Source: Dehalococcoidia bacterium (GTDB taxonomy: Bacteria > Chloroflexota > Dehalococcoidia > UBA2979). From it: a stretch of DNA of 54,992 bases. Where the stretch lies: assembly GCA_050486345.1 (NCBI GenBank), contig JBJHDC010000003.1:371-55362 (forward strand). Reading direction: 5' to 3'. The number at the start of each line of letters is the position of its first letter. Within the stretch, counting starts at the first letter, position 1. This document shows, in pieces, positions 1 to 9,512 of the stretch. Both the position numbers and the translations under genes were made by a program. The notes under the pieces were generated by a model. The model was not told the origin of the DNA and made no database searches. It was given only the letters and a program-made list of their open reading frames with translations.

Positions 1-470
1 GCTCGCCCTCGTGCGGGCCTATCTGGTCACCCTGCGTGACTTCCTGGACGGCAAGCCGGTGACCTATCACGGGAGCGGCCTCGGTGCGGGTGTCAGTCGA
101 CGACGACGCCGATGCTGCGCGGAAGGCGCTGGCGGGTGCGTTGCTCCCGTACGTCATCGGTTGGCCGGGCGCCCCACCGGCCCGGCCGTTCCGCGCCGCG
201 TTCGAGCGCATGGGATTCGGCGCCGACCTCGCGGAGATCGATCAATTGCTCGACCGTGGCGCCACCCGTGAACAGGTCATCGAGGCGTTCCCCGAGCAGA
301 TGCTGCGGGGGCTCGGCTACTACGGCCCGGCCTCCGGCGCGATGGAGGCGGTCCAGCGTCTCGCCGCTGGCGCGGACACGATCGTTGTGCGGCTCGTGCC
401 ATCAGGCCCCGGCCTCGAGCCCATCCGCGCCATCCTCGATGCGTGCCAGCCAGCCGGTGGCAGCGGATAG
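1..470 (+). pseudogene. LLM-class (luciferase-like) F420/flavin-dependent oxidoreductase, 3' remnant with a frame switch and an apparent internal deletion near 60-95
   Basis: Frame 2 from the window edge reads LALVRAYLVTLRDFLDGKPVTYHGSGL. Frame 3 from 84 reads RVSVDDDADAARKALAGALLPYV...FERMGFGADLAEIDQLLDRGATREQVIEAFPEQMLRGLGYYGPASGAMEAVQRLAAGADTIVVRLVP. Both are typical LLM segments that are normally about 90 aa apart. Frame 3 has TGA at 60-62, so the two pieces cannot form one intact ORF. Confidence 0.5.
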
Positions 471-503
471 GAACGGAGTCGGGGGGACTCACTGCGTCGC
501 GCC

Positions 504-523
504 CGATATATACCTATATATCG
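504..523. promoter_or_regulatory. Perfect AT-rich palindrome CGATATATA-CC-TATATATCG in the intergenic region upstream of the MFS gene; candidate operator or promoter element
   Basis: 9-bp inverted repeat with a 2-nt spacer, read directly from the sequence. It is an AT-only core in an otherwise GC-rich spacer, about 155 nt upstream of the 677 start. Confidence 0.35.
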
Positions 524-676
524 AGTGAGCGTCGCCGCCGCGTCCGGCCGCGCGGCGGTGAGCACCCTCGTCGGAACGCCGCTTATCCCTCCTAGCCGCT
601 AACATGGCGCGGCCGCACGACGGACTGCTGGTGGCAAGTTCGAAGGGGAGGACAGCGCGTTGAGGGCGATTCAGCG

Positions 677-1933
677 ATGACACAAGAATCCCTCCCCGCT
701 GCGGCCGCCTCTTCCGACGCACTGACTGATAGCGCGGTCGATCACGAAGGCCGCAACAAGCTGGCTGCGGCGGTCGTCTCCGGGCACGCCGTCAAACATC
801 TCTACCTGTCCGCGATGCAATCGATCCTGCTCCCCGAGATCAGGATCGCGTACGGCCTGTCCGGCACGCAGCTGGGGACACTGGCGACGATGCGACAGGT
901 CTCCGGCTGGTCGATGACGATCGGGTCCGGGTACCTGGGGGACCGATTCAGCAGCCGAACCGGCCTCATCCTCGCCTGGTCTCTGGGCCTGCTGGGGCTC
1001 TCCTACTGGTTGATTGGGGCCTCGAACTCCTACGAGGTACTCCTGGTCGCGTTCTTCCTCGCTGGCCTTGGTCCTAGCGTCTACCACTCGCCGGCCATTG
1101 GTGCGCTCTCACGACGATTCCCGGACAAGCGGGCATTCGCGGTCTCCCTGCACGGGATGGGCGGCAGCGTGGGCGAGGTACTCGGCCCGCTGGTCGCCTC
1201 CGGCTTGCTCCTGGTCCTCACCTGGCAGGGCATCCTGCAACTGAGCCTGATCCCGGCTCTACTGAGCGCGGTCATCATCTGGCGCGTGATGGGCAACGTT
1301 GGGCTGACCGACAACGCCGCCAGCTCGCTCCAGACCTACCTCCGGGGCCTCGCCGCGCTCATTCGTCACCGGGCGCTGGCTCTGCTGGTGGTGATCACGG
1401 CGCTCCGCAGCATGGGACAGAGCGCGGTGATGATCTTCCTGCCGGTGTACCTGCGCGAGGACCTCGGCTACGGGGTGGTGACCGTTGCCGTGCTGCTTTC
1501 GATGGCGCAGGTGGCCGGCATCGGTTCGCAGCCGGTGATGGGCTATCTCTCCGATCGTATCGGCCACCAGCGAGTGCTCGTGCCGGCGATGGTGACCCTC
1601 GGCTTCACCATCGCCGCGCTGGCGTTCGCGGACGGCATGGTGCAGCTGGTCCTGATCATCGCGGTGCTCGGTGCCTTCCTCTACTCGCTCCACGCCATCT
1701 TCATCTCAGCCGCCATCACTGCGGCCGGTAGCGAGGCGCACTCTACGATCGTCTCGATCATCTACGGCGCCAGCATCCTGGGGGCTGTGTCCCCCATCGT
1801 GGCCGGCATGTTCGCGGACCACTTCGGCACGCAGAGCGTCTTCCTCTACGCGGCGGCCACCACCTTCGCAGCCACCCTGATCCTCGCCCTGATGAAGCTG
1901 CCGCACGTCAGATCCGAGGTCACTGCGCACTGA
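677..1933 (+). CDS. MFS transporter
   Basis: 418-aa ORF with about 12 hydrophobic segments. Has an MFS loop motif (GYLGDRFSSR) and a second-half motif (GYLSDRIGHQR). Confidence 0.9.
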   Translation: MTQESLPAAAASSDALTDSAVDHEGRNKLAAAVVSGHAVKHLYLSAMQSILLPEIRIAYGLSGTQLGTLATMRQVSGWSMTIGSGYLGDRFSSRTGLILAWSLGLLGLSYWLIGASNSYEVLLVAFFLAGLGPSVYHSPAIGALSRRFPDKRAFAVSLHGMGGSVGEVLGPLVASGLLLVLTWQGILQLSLIPALLSAVIIWRVMGNVGLTDNAASSLQTYLRGLAALIRHRALALLVVITALRSMGQSAVMIFLPVYLREDLGYGVVTVAVLLSMAQVAGIGSQPVMGYLSDRIGHQRVLVPAMVTLGFTIAALAFADGMVQLVLIIAVLGAFLYSLHAIFISAAITAAGSEAHSTIVSIIYGASILGAVSPIVAGMFADHFGTQSVFLYAAATTFAATLILALMKLPHVRSEVTAH

Positions 1934-2004
1934 TTGCCCCGTAGCACCCACCGCGCTCCTCGGGCGCACGCATCGGGTATGCTTCCGCCGCTACCTGCGA
2001 GGAG

Positions 2005-3984
2005 ATGCCTGTGCCTGCCATCGAGATCGAGATCACGCGGCGTGAACCCTACGCGGGCGGCGAGGAGTTCGGGGCGACCGGTGCCTATCAGCGGATCGAT
2101 GGGACGGTCACGTTTGCGGTCGATCCGAACCATGAGGCCAACCGCCCGATCGTGGACCTCGAACTCGCGCCCGTAGATGCGAGCGGTCGCGTGCGGTTCC
2201 GGTCGGACTTCGTGATCGTGACGCCGCAGGAACCGGCGCGCGGAAACGGCAGCCTGATCGTCGATGTGACCAACCGCGGACGGCACCGCGTGATCCCCAC
2301 GTTCAACCGGCAGGAGCAGCCTTCGCCGCGCGAGCTGCCGCCCGGTGACGGGTTTCTCTTCCACCACGGCTACTCGGTCGTCTCCATCGGCTGGCAATGG
2401 GATGTCCACCGCGACGATGGGCTGCTCGCCATCGACGCTCCGCTCGCTCAGGTAGACGGTCAGTCGGTGCGGGGGCAGGCGGTCGTGGAGATCCGTCCGA
2501 GCGCCGTCGAGCACACGCGCCTGCTGGCGAACCGCACCCACCGGCCGTATCCCGTTGCGGACCCGGACGATCCGTCCGCGCGCCTGCTGGTGCGTGCCTG
2601 GGAGGACGGACCCGAATCCGAGGTCCCGCGCGCTGCGTGGCGCTTCGCCTGCGAGACCGCCGACGGCGTAGTGCCCAGTGACCGACACATCTACTTCGAG
2701 GAGGGGTTCCAGCCGGGCAAGATCTACCGTGTCGTCTACACCGCAACCGAGGCGTGGGTCGTCGGCACCGGCCTGCTGGCCGTGCGCGAGATCGCATCCT
2801 TCCTGCGGACGCCTTCCGAGCTCAACCCGTGCGAGGCGGGGTTCGATCGAGCCTACGCGTGGGGGTTCTCGCAGACGGCCCGCCTGCTCCGTCACTTCAT
2901 CTACCTCGGGCTGAACCTCGACGAAGCGGGCCAGGTGGCGTTCGACGGGATGCTCGTCCACGTGGCCGGCGGGCGCCGAGGTGAGTTCAACCATCGTTTC
3001 GCACAGCCATCGCAGCAATCCGAGCCCGGGTTCGGGCAGATCTTCCCCTTCGCAGACGAGCCGCTCACCGACCCGCTGACCGGCCAGACCGCCGGTTTGC
3101 TGGATCGAACGCGAGCGCTGGGTGCCATGCCACGCATGATCTACACGAACAGCTCCGCCGAGTACTGGCGCGGCGATGGCGCTCTGGTTCACGTGGACCC
3201 GGCGGGCCAGCGTGACCTGGAACCGGCCCCGGAGACACGCATCTACCACTTCGCAGGCACGCAGCACAGCGCAGGCCTGCTGCCGCAGCATCGTGATGGA
3301 GTCGAGGGTGTGCGCGGGCGGTACGGCTCGAATGTGGTCGACTACCGCCCGCTGCTGCGCGCCGCGCTCCAGCACCTCGACTCCTGGGTGATGGATGGCG
3401 TGGAGCCGCCCCCCAGCCGCCACCCGAGGATCGACGACGGCACGGCCGTTGATCGTGTGAGAGTGCTGGATCGGCTCCCACTCCCCGGCTTCGCGACGCC
3501 GGATCCGGAGCGCCTGTGGGTGCTGCGCACCATCGACCTCGGCCCCGACGCCGACCATGGTATCGGCCGCTACCCGGTCGTGGAGGGAGCAACCTATGCC
3601 GCGCCAGTGTCGGACATCGATGACACCGGCAACGAGGTCGCCGGGATCCGCCTACCCGACCTGAGCGTCCCCGTCGCTACGCACCTCGGCTGGAATCCAC
3701 GCGACCCGGAGACCGGCGCGCCGGAGCAGATCATCCCCATGCTCGGCTCATCGCACTTCTTCGCGCCCACCCGCGCGAACCGCGAGGCAGCCGGCGACCC
3801 TCGCCCCTCGATCGAAGAACGGTACGCCTCACGGGAGGACTACCTCGCGCAGGTGCATGCCGCTGTGGACCGCCTGGTGACGGAGCGCTACCTGCTCCCC
3901 GAAGACATCGACATCGTTGTGCGGGCCTGCGCGGAGCGATATGACCTGGCCATGAGCGCTACGTTGGGCGCAGGCACAGAATAG
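2005..3984 (+). CDS. alpha/beta hydrolase-domain protein (uncharacterised family, about 650 aa)
   Basis: 659-aa ORF. The N-terminus, EITRREPYAGGEEFGATGAYQRIDGTVTFAVDPNHEANRPIVDLELAPVDASGRVRFRSDFVIVTPQEPARGNGSLIVDVTNRG, matches from memory the conserved start of the bacterial 'alpha/beta hydrolase domain-containing' family. GTG at 2011 is an alternative start, with GAGGAG 6 nt upstream. Confidence 0.75.
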   Translation: MPVPAIEIEITRREPYAGGEEFGATGAYQRIDGTVTFAVDPNHEANRPIVDLELAPVDASGRVRFRSDFVIVTPQEPARGNGSLIVDVTNRGRHRVIPTFNRQEQPSPRELPPGDGFLFHHGYSVVSIGWQWDVHRDDGLLAIDAPLAQVDGQSVRGQAVVEIRPSAVEHTRLLANRTHRPYPVADPDDPSARLLVRAWEDGPESEVPRAAWRFACETADGVVPSDRHIYFEEGFQPGKIYRVVYTATEAWVVGTGLLAVREIASFLRTPSELNPCEAGFDRAYAWGFSQTARLLRHFIYLGLNLDEAGQVAFDGMLVHVAGGRRGEFNHRFAQPSQQSEPGFGQIFPFADEPLTDPLTGQTAGLLDRTRALGAMPRMIYTNSSAEYWRGDGALVHVDPAGQRDLEPAPETRIYHFAGTQHSAGLLPQHRDGVEGVRGRYGSNVVDYRPLLRAALQHLDSWVMDGVEPPPSRHPRIDDGTAVDRVRVLDRLPLPGFATPDPERLWVLRTIDLGPDADHGIGRYPVVEGATYAAPVSDIDDTGNEVAGIRLPDLSVPVATHLGWNPRDPETGAPEQIIPMLGSSHFFAPTRANREAAGDPRPSIEERYASREDYLAQVHAAVDRLVTERYLLPEDIDIVVRACAERYDLAMSATLGAGTE

Positions 3985-4062
3985 GTAGCGATCGGCTAGG
4001 ACTGACGGCATCGGTTGGTGGTCACGTCACGCATCGAGGCCACGCGCAGTTGGGAGGCTCCG

Positions 4063-5523
4063 ATGACGAGCGATGCGGGAATCGCCAGTGAGATCGTCAC
4101 CTGGGACGCGCTCGAACTCTCTCGTGCGATTCGCGAGCGGCAGGTCTCGTGCATCGAGGTCATGGAGGCGTTCCTCGATCAGATCGCACTACACAACGGC
4201 ACCCATAACGCCATCGTCTCGCTGCGCGATCGCACGGAGCTGCTGGCAGAGGCTGCCGAGCGCGACCGCGATCTCGATCGTGGGGAGTATCGAGGGTGGA
4301 TGCACGGGTTCCCGCAGGCCCCCAAGGACCTGACCAGCACGGCGGGCATCAGGACCACCATGGGCTCGCGACTCTTCGCGGACCATGTCCCCGCCGAAGA
4401 CTCGATCCTCGTCGAGCGACTTCGTCGGGCAGGCTCGGTGCTGATTGGTAAGACCAACACGCCGGAGTTCGGGCTGGGGTCGCACACGTATAACGATGTC
4501 TTCGGAGTGACGCGAAACGCCCACGCGCCGGAGCGGACCGCCGGCGGGAGCAGTGGCGGCGCCGCGGTGGCGCTGGCGCTGCGCATGCTGCCCGTCGCCG
4601 ACGGCAGCGACGCGATGGGATCGCTCCGCAACCCCGCCGGCTACAACAACGTCCTCGGCTTCCGCCCCTCGTGGGGCCGCGTACCAGCAGGGCCCGCGGC
4701 AGACGTCTTCTACCAGCAGCTCAGTACAGAGGGCCCCATGGCGCGCAGCGTCGCAGACCTCGCGATGCTGCTCTCCACTCTCGCCGGGTATGACGACCGC
4801 GCCCCGCTCTCCAACACCCAGCCGTCCGATATCTTCGAGCGCCCGCTCGCCACGAACGTCCGCGGGCGACGCATCGCGTGGCTCGGTGACCTCGACGGCT
4901 ATCTCCCGATTGAGCCGGAGGTGATGGCACTCTGTCGCTCCGCGCTCGGAGCGATCGAGGACCTCGGCTGTGTCGTTGAGGAGGTCCTACTCGAAGTCCC
5001 CCTCGAGGGGATGTGGAGCGCCTGGACCACGCTCCGATCGTTGCTCCAGGCCGGGCGGTATCAGGAGCACTACGCCGATGCCGGCCGCCGGGCTCTGCTC
5101 AAGCCGGAGATCATCTGGGAGGTGGAGCGCGGGATGGCGCTCAGTGGGCTCGACTTCCACCAGGCCGCCCTCGATCGCAGCGCCTGGTACATGGCCGTTC
5201 GCGCGCTGTTCCAGCGATACGACTACTTCGCCCTCCCGTCCGCGCAGCTGCTGCCGTTCCCCGCCGAACTGGACTGGCCCCACGAGGTGGCGGGGCGGCC
5301 GATGGATACATACCACCGGTGGATGGAGGTGGTCGTCCCCGCCTCGCTCGCCGGTCTCCCGGCGATCAGCGTGCCCGCCGGATTCTCCGAGGACGGCCGC
5401 CCGATCGGCCTGCAACTCGTCGGCGCACCCAAGGATGATCTTTCCGTACTCGAGCTCGCCGCCGCGTATGAGTCGGCGACAGCGTGGGTGAGCCGCCGAC
5501 TCCCACCCGCGCTGACCGGTTGA
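4063..5523 (+). CDS. amidase (amidase-signature family)
   Basis: AS motifs are present: KD (APKDLTS), GGSSGGAAVALA and GSDAMGSLRNPAG. GGGAGG lies 6 nt upstream of ATG 4063. The ORF track starts at 4015. Confidence 0.9.
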   Translation: MTSDAGIASEIVTWDALELSRAIRERQVSCIEVMEAFLDQIALHNGTHNAIVSLRDRTELLAEAAERDRDLDRGEYRGWMHGFPQAPKDLTSTAGIRTTMGSRLFADHVPAEDSILVERLRRAGSVLIGKTNTPEFGLGSHTYNDVFGVTRNAHAPERTAGGSSGGAAVALALRMLPVADGSDAMGSLRNPAGYNNVLGFRPSWGRVPAGPAADVFYQQLSTEGPMARSVADLAMLLSTLAGYDDRAPLSNTQPSDIFERPLATNVRGRRIAWLGDLDGYLPIEPEVMALCRSALGAIEDLGCVVEEVLLEVPLEGMWSAWTTLRSLLQAGRYQEHYADAGRRALLKPEIIWEVERGMALSGLDFHQAALDRSAWYMAVRALFQRYDYFALPSAQLLPFPAELDWPHEVAGRPMDTYHRWMEVVVPASLAGLPAISVPAGFSEDGRPIGLQLVGAPKDDLSVLELAAAYESATAWVSRRLPPALTG

Positions 5524-5676
5524 TCTACGTAGGCGCTGAGCCGAGTTGCACCGTAGGGTGCGAAGAGGTCGGAGCGAGTAACGATGACGCAGGCACTGTC
5601 TGGCTGCGGGAGGTGGCGGTCACTGCCTTCTCATGGCGGGTATCATTGCCCCATTCCGCGCTGAAAGAAGGTTTCG

Positions 5677-6504
5677 ATGCCACAGACCAGCGGATATCCA
5701 CACCCCGAGCTACTCGAAACGACCGAGTGGCTCGCCGAACATCTCGATGACGCCGACCTCGTACTGCTCGATGCCCGGCGGCCCGAGGAGTATGCGGAAG
5801 GCCATATCCCGGGTGCACTCAACCTAGCGAATCCCGTCTTCAAGGCCGCCGGCTCCCTGGAGACCGGCTCCCCCGCGGAGTTCGCAGAGGTCGTCGGAGC
5901 GCTCGGCATCCGCCCGACGGATACCGTCATCTGCTACGACGCCGGCGGTCCGAGCGCGGCACGGCTCTGGTGGGCCTTCACCCGCTTCGGCCACGAGCAG
6001 ACGCGCTACCTGCATGGCGGGCTCACCAAGTGGGCGAGCGAGGGCCGCCCCCTCGAAACCGCCGCGGTGACGCGGACCCCGGTGGGCTACCAGCTCGGAC
6101 CGCAGCGCGAGGAGGTCGCCTGCACGCTCCCCCAGGCCATCGACCGTCTCGACAGCGACGACGTGGTGTTCTGGGACACGCGCTCTGAGGACGAGTTCAC
6201 TGGTGCCCGCGCGATGAACAACCCGGAGGACCGCGTCGGGCACATCCCGGGTGCGATCCACCTCGAATGGAGCGAGCTCGCCGACCCCGCGACGGGAATG
6301 TTCCGACCGGAAGAGGAGATGCGCGAGGTGCTCGCGGCGAAGGGCATCACGCCTGAGCGAGAGATCGTCACCTACTGACAGGGTGGCGGGCGTGCGTCGC
6401 ACGCCCTTCTGGCCCTGCGGCTCCTCGGCTACGGGCGGGTTCGCAACTTCGATAGCTCCTTCGGCGCCTGGGCGCAAGAGTCGGACGCATCGGTCGAGCG
6501 GTAG
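5677..6504 (+). CDS. two-domain rhodanese / thiosulfate-3-mercaptopyruvate sulfurtransferase with an in-frame TGA (6376-6378) at the catalytic Cys position; candidate selenoprotein or nonsense pseudogene
   Basis: The 233-aa ORF ends ...GITPEREIVTY-TGA. The same frame continues QGGGRASHALLALRLLGYGRVRNFDSSFGAWAQESDASVER-TAG (6502-6504). This is the rest of the rhodanese active-site loop (C-x-G-x-x-R-[ST]) and the C-terminal helix. The N-domain is the usual inactive rhodanese repeat (ICYDAGG). Confidence 0.6.
6379..6417 (+). promoter_or_regulatory. SECIS-like mRNA stem-loop immediately 3' of the in-frame TGA
   Basis: Upper helix GGGCGUG (6388-6394) pairs with CACGCCC (6400-6406) around the loop CGUCG. 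Lower helix CAGGG (6379-6383) pairs with CCCUG (6413-6417), separated by an internal loop. The apical loop lies 17-21 nt after the UGA and contains GU. Confidence 0.4.
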
Positions 6505-6978
6505 CCTCCGACTTCCGGTCGGTCTACCGACGTGATCCCTCGTATTACCTGCGTTGAGCCGGGAGGATCGATTGGCGCGGGTCAGCGGCGAGCTGCCCCC
6601 GGCGTGTGCGTACGAACTGCTCGTCGCTGAAGTGGTCGGCATAGGGAGAATGCGACAAACAGGACCCTCCGAGCATGGTGCGGAGACCGAGCCTCTACAC
6701 GTGCCGGCTGCCCTCGTCCGGCCGGCGGATGTTCTGCGTTACGCCCACCACCTCGCGCCCGACAACCATGGGTGCTGATCCGGTGGCAGGAGGGGCCTTG
6801 ATAGGCAGCCGATTCGCTCACTCGGCCACAGGGCCCCCATAATCGGTGCAGGGACCTGAAACGGATGCATGGCAGCCGCACGCGACTCCCCGAGCAGCGG
6901 ATACACCTGTCGTGGTCCGCGGCAGCGCAACGCGACGCATGCTGACTTTCGTACAGACGCCGAACGGGAGGCGCCTCA

Positions 6979-7893
6979 GTGGCTCGAGCGTGTTCCGGCA
7001 TCGTGCTCTGTGTATGTCTCCTCCTCTCCAGCACCCTGCAATCTGAAGCGCAGGAACCAGGTGCGCCGTCGTTCAGTGGGGCTCTACCCAGGTCCGGTGG
7101 CGTGGTGCTCATCACGCTGCATCACCCGATCGCCGTCACGACACTCGTCGACGATCTGGGTAAACGAGGGTGCGCTGCGGTCTCGCTGACCGTGAGCGAC
7201 CGAGGGATACTGGTGACCTACATCGCGGGCGCACCTGCGTTCGTCAATGTGCATTTCCCACAGCAACTTTCGGTTGTTCCGCTCATGGTGAGGTGCGCTT
7301 CCGCACCACCGGTCACACCCGCTTCGCATCTCCTGACCCTCGTGACCCCGGAGCACGGGCTCGATCCCACCTTTGTGCCGCGGGACCTCGTCGCGCTGCC
7401 GGCCCACCTCAGCCTCGCCTCGCCGATCTATCTCACGATGGAATCTGGCGAGGCGCTGGCGAGGATGCTGGACGCAGCGCAGAGCGCCGGACACCGGGTC
7501 GTGGTCCGTTCCGCCTACCGCTCCTACGCGGAGCAGCGGTCGACCTTCCAGCACTGGGTGAGCGTGATGGGCGAGGCTGAAGCGCAACGTCGTAGTGCGC
7601 GGCCCGGACACAGCGAACACCAGCTGGGCACCACGGTTGATCTCACCAGCGCAGCGGTGAACTGGGGGCTGACCACGGCGTTCGCCGAAACGCCAGAGGG
7701 GCAATGGATCGCGCAGAATGCCTGGCGTTTCGGATTCGTCGAGAGCTACCCGGCCGGTGCCGAGGCGACTACGGGATACCACTACGAGCCCTGGCACCTC
7801 CGCTACATCGGAGAGGCCCACGCGGAATGGCTGCGGCGATCCGGATTGACCCTCACTGAGTACCTGACGGCTCTGCACCAGGAGAGCGAATAA
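6979..7893 (+). CDS. secreted M15B (VanY-type) D-alanyl-D-alanine carboxypeptidase
   Basis: Signal peptide MARACSGIVLCVCLLLSSTLQSEAQE. Zn and catalytic motifs SAYRSYAEQ, HSEHQLGTTVDL and EPWHLRY are present. GGGAGG lies 8 nt upstream of GTG 6979. Confidence 0.9.
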   Translation: MARACSGIVLCVCLLLSSTLQSEAQEPGAPSFSGALPRSGGVVLITLHHPIAVTTLVDDLGKRGCAAVSLTVSDRGILVTYIAGAPAFVNVHFPQQLSVVPLMVRCASAPPVTPASHLLTLVTPEHGLDPTFVPRDLVALPAHLSLASPIYLTMESGEALARMLDAAQSAGHRVVVRSAYRSYAEQRSTFQHWVSVMGEAEAQRRSARPGHSEHQLGTTVDLTSAAVNWGLTTAFAETPEGQWIAQNAWRFGFVESYPAGAEATTGYHYEPWHLRYIGEAHAEWLRRSGLTLTEYLTALHQESE

Positions 7894-7956
7894 CGGTCGC
7901 CAGCTTCGGATCGATGTGATGCGCGCCAGCGTGTCTTCCGTTGCCGATTCAGGCCG

Positions 7957-9174
7957 TCAGGCCGCGCGCAGGCGCGGGAATGCGATCGCTGAGAGCGCCG
8001 CTCCGCCAAGCAGAATCGCGCCAGCGATGCTGTAGGCGGTCGGGATGCTGGCGGCGTCACCCACCGCTCCGAGGATCAGCGGTCCGATCCAGCCGAATCC
8101 GATCGCCATGTTCCACGCGCCCAGGGCACGGCCGCGCAGGCGGTCATCGACACTCGCCTGCAGCATGATCCACTCCAGAGCGTCCACCAGCGCCGCGCAC
8201 ATCCCGATCCCGGCGGCGATGCCGAGTGACACCACGTACGTCTGAGATGAGGCGAGTGCAATCAGCAGTGCCCCGAACGCTGCGAAGACACCAAGGAAGA
8301 GCAGGCCGTGGCGCAGTCGGTCGCCGTACGCCGCCAGGAAGAGCACTCCCACGACCGAGCCCACCCCGGCCGCACCGGATAGCCCCCCGAGCCCGACTGC
8401 TCCGACTCCAAGCACTCGATCGGAGAGCGCGGGGAGGAGCGCGACGTACGAGAACCCGAAGACCTCGACCACCACCATCAGCGCGATCAGCACGGCCACC
8501 GTTGGTACGCGCAGCACCAGCCGCAAGCCCTCGAACGTTTCGGAAAAGAACGAGGCCTGCGAGACATGCACCCGCTCCGCTGGCTCACGAGCGGAGCGGT
8601 AGACGAGCGCAGCGAGCATGAATGCGGCGGCGGCGAATACGAAGCCCCACGCAGCCCCGGCCATGCCGACGATGACCCCACCGCTGAGCGCGCCGATCGC
8701 GGCCACGGCGCGCTGTCCGGTGGAGACCAGCGCAATCGCGTTCGGACGTCGCGCCGCGCCAACGAGGTCGCCGGAGAGCGTATACAGCGGCGCGACGCTG
8801 AAGGTCATGCCGGTCCCGCTGACCGCGACGAGCACCAGGATCATCCATAAGGGAACGCCGTCGACCGCGACCAGACTCGCCACGCCGGTGATGGCGATGG
8901 CCTTGACCACGGCACTGGCAGCCAGCACACGCGGGCGCGGGTAGCGATCCGAAACCGCCCCGGCGATCGGCCCAAACACCACGTTCGGCGCCGACTGTGC
9001 GGCGATGGCCACCGCGGTCATGAACGCCGAGTCGGTCAGATCAAAGACGAACCACCCGATTGCAATCCGCTCGGTCCACTGGCCGAACGAATAGCAAACC
9101 GCGCCGAGCCAGATGCGTCGGAAATCGGGGATGGTGAAGGGCGCTGCGGCCCTGCTGAGGCGTCCGGAGGCCAC
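7957..9174 (-). CDS. MFS transporter (EntS/MFS_3-like)
   Basis: Multi-TM ORF and paralogue of 38368-39594 (FRRIWLGAVCYSFGQWTERIAIGWFVFDLTDSAF versus FGALWSSAVLQAGAQWMERVAAGWFIFEMTNSAF). The ORF track extends to 9357. I place the start at GTG 9174, which has GAGGGGG upstream. The start is uncertain. Confidence 0.8.
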   Translation of the reverse strand: MASGRLSRAAAPFTIPDFRRIWLGAVCYSFGQWTERIAIGWFVFDLTDSAFMTAVAIAAQSAPNVVFGPIAGAVSDRYPRPRVLAASAVVKAIAITGVASLVAVDGVPLWMILVLVAVSGTGMTFSVAPLYTLSGDLVGAARRPNAIALVSTGQRAVAAIGALSGGVIVGMAGAAWGFVFAAAAFMLAALVYRSAREPAERVHVSQASFFSETFEGLRLVLRVPTVAVLIALMVVVEVFGFSYVALLPALSDRVLGVGAVGLGGLSGAAGVGSVVGVLFLAAYGDRLRHGLLFLGVFAAFGALLIALASSQTYVVSLGIAAGIGMCAALVDALEWIMLQASVDDRLRGRALGAWNMAIGFGWIGPLILGAVGDAASIPTAYSIAGAILLGGAALSAIAFPRLRAA

Positions 9175-9512
9175 GACGACAGCCCCCTCGCTCTCGGACC
9201 ACGCCGGCAGAGTATCGGCCGCCGCGCCGTGGGCCTCGACCGCGATGCACCCGGCATGCTCGTCGCAGCCACCGCATGGTGCAACCGCTTCGCTGGGACA
9301 GCGCGCCTGGGCGCGGCAGAGCGATTTCTCGATGCTCGCGATGCTGGACCGGCGCATCTGTCGAGTGCGGCGCAGCGCCGCAGGTCACCTCCGGATAGTG
9401 GACCAAACCTTCGCACCAGCGCGGTGGGAACCATGGCCCCAGGGGATCGACGTATGTAATACCGTTCGAGGTACCACCGGTAGCCGAGGGGCTGGATTCC
9501 GAGGAGGCAACG

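Noticed and set aside
1846-3558. 570-aa ORF on the minus strand, with similar long antisense ORFs at 22042-23496, 5824-6642, 10155-10766 and 16548-17306
   Set aside because: All lie antisense to genes with clear homology. Their products are Arg/Ala/Gly-rich low-complexity sequence with no recognisable motifs. This is the typical stop-codon-poor antisense frame of a GC-rich genome.
9175-9357. Cys-rich N-terminal extension (CRAQARCPSEAVAPCGGCDEHAGC) of the MFS ORF as a metal-binding domain
   Set aside because: The paralogue at 38368-39594 starts right at the conserved MFS core. A GTG with a GAGGGGG RBS at 9174 gives an equivalent start. The extension is probably untranslated upstream sequence.
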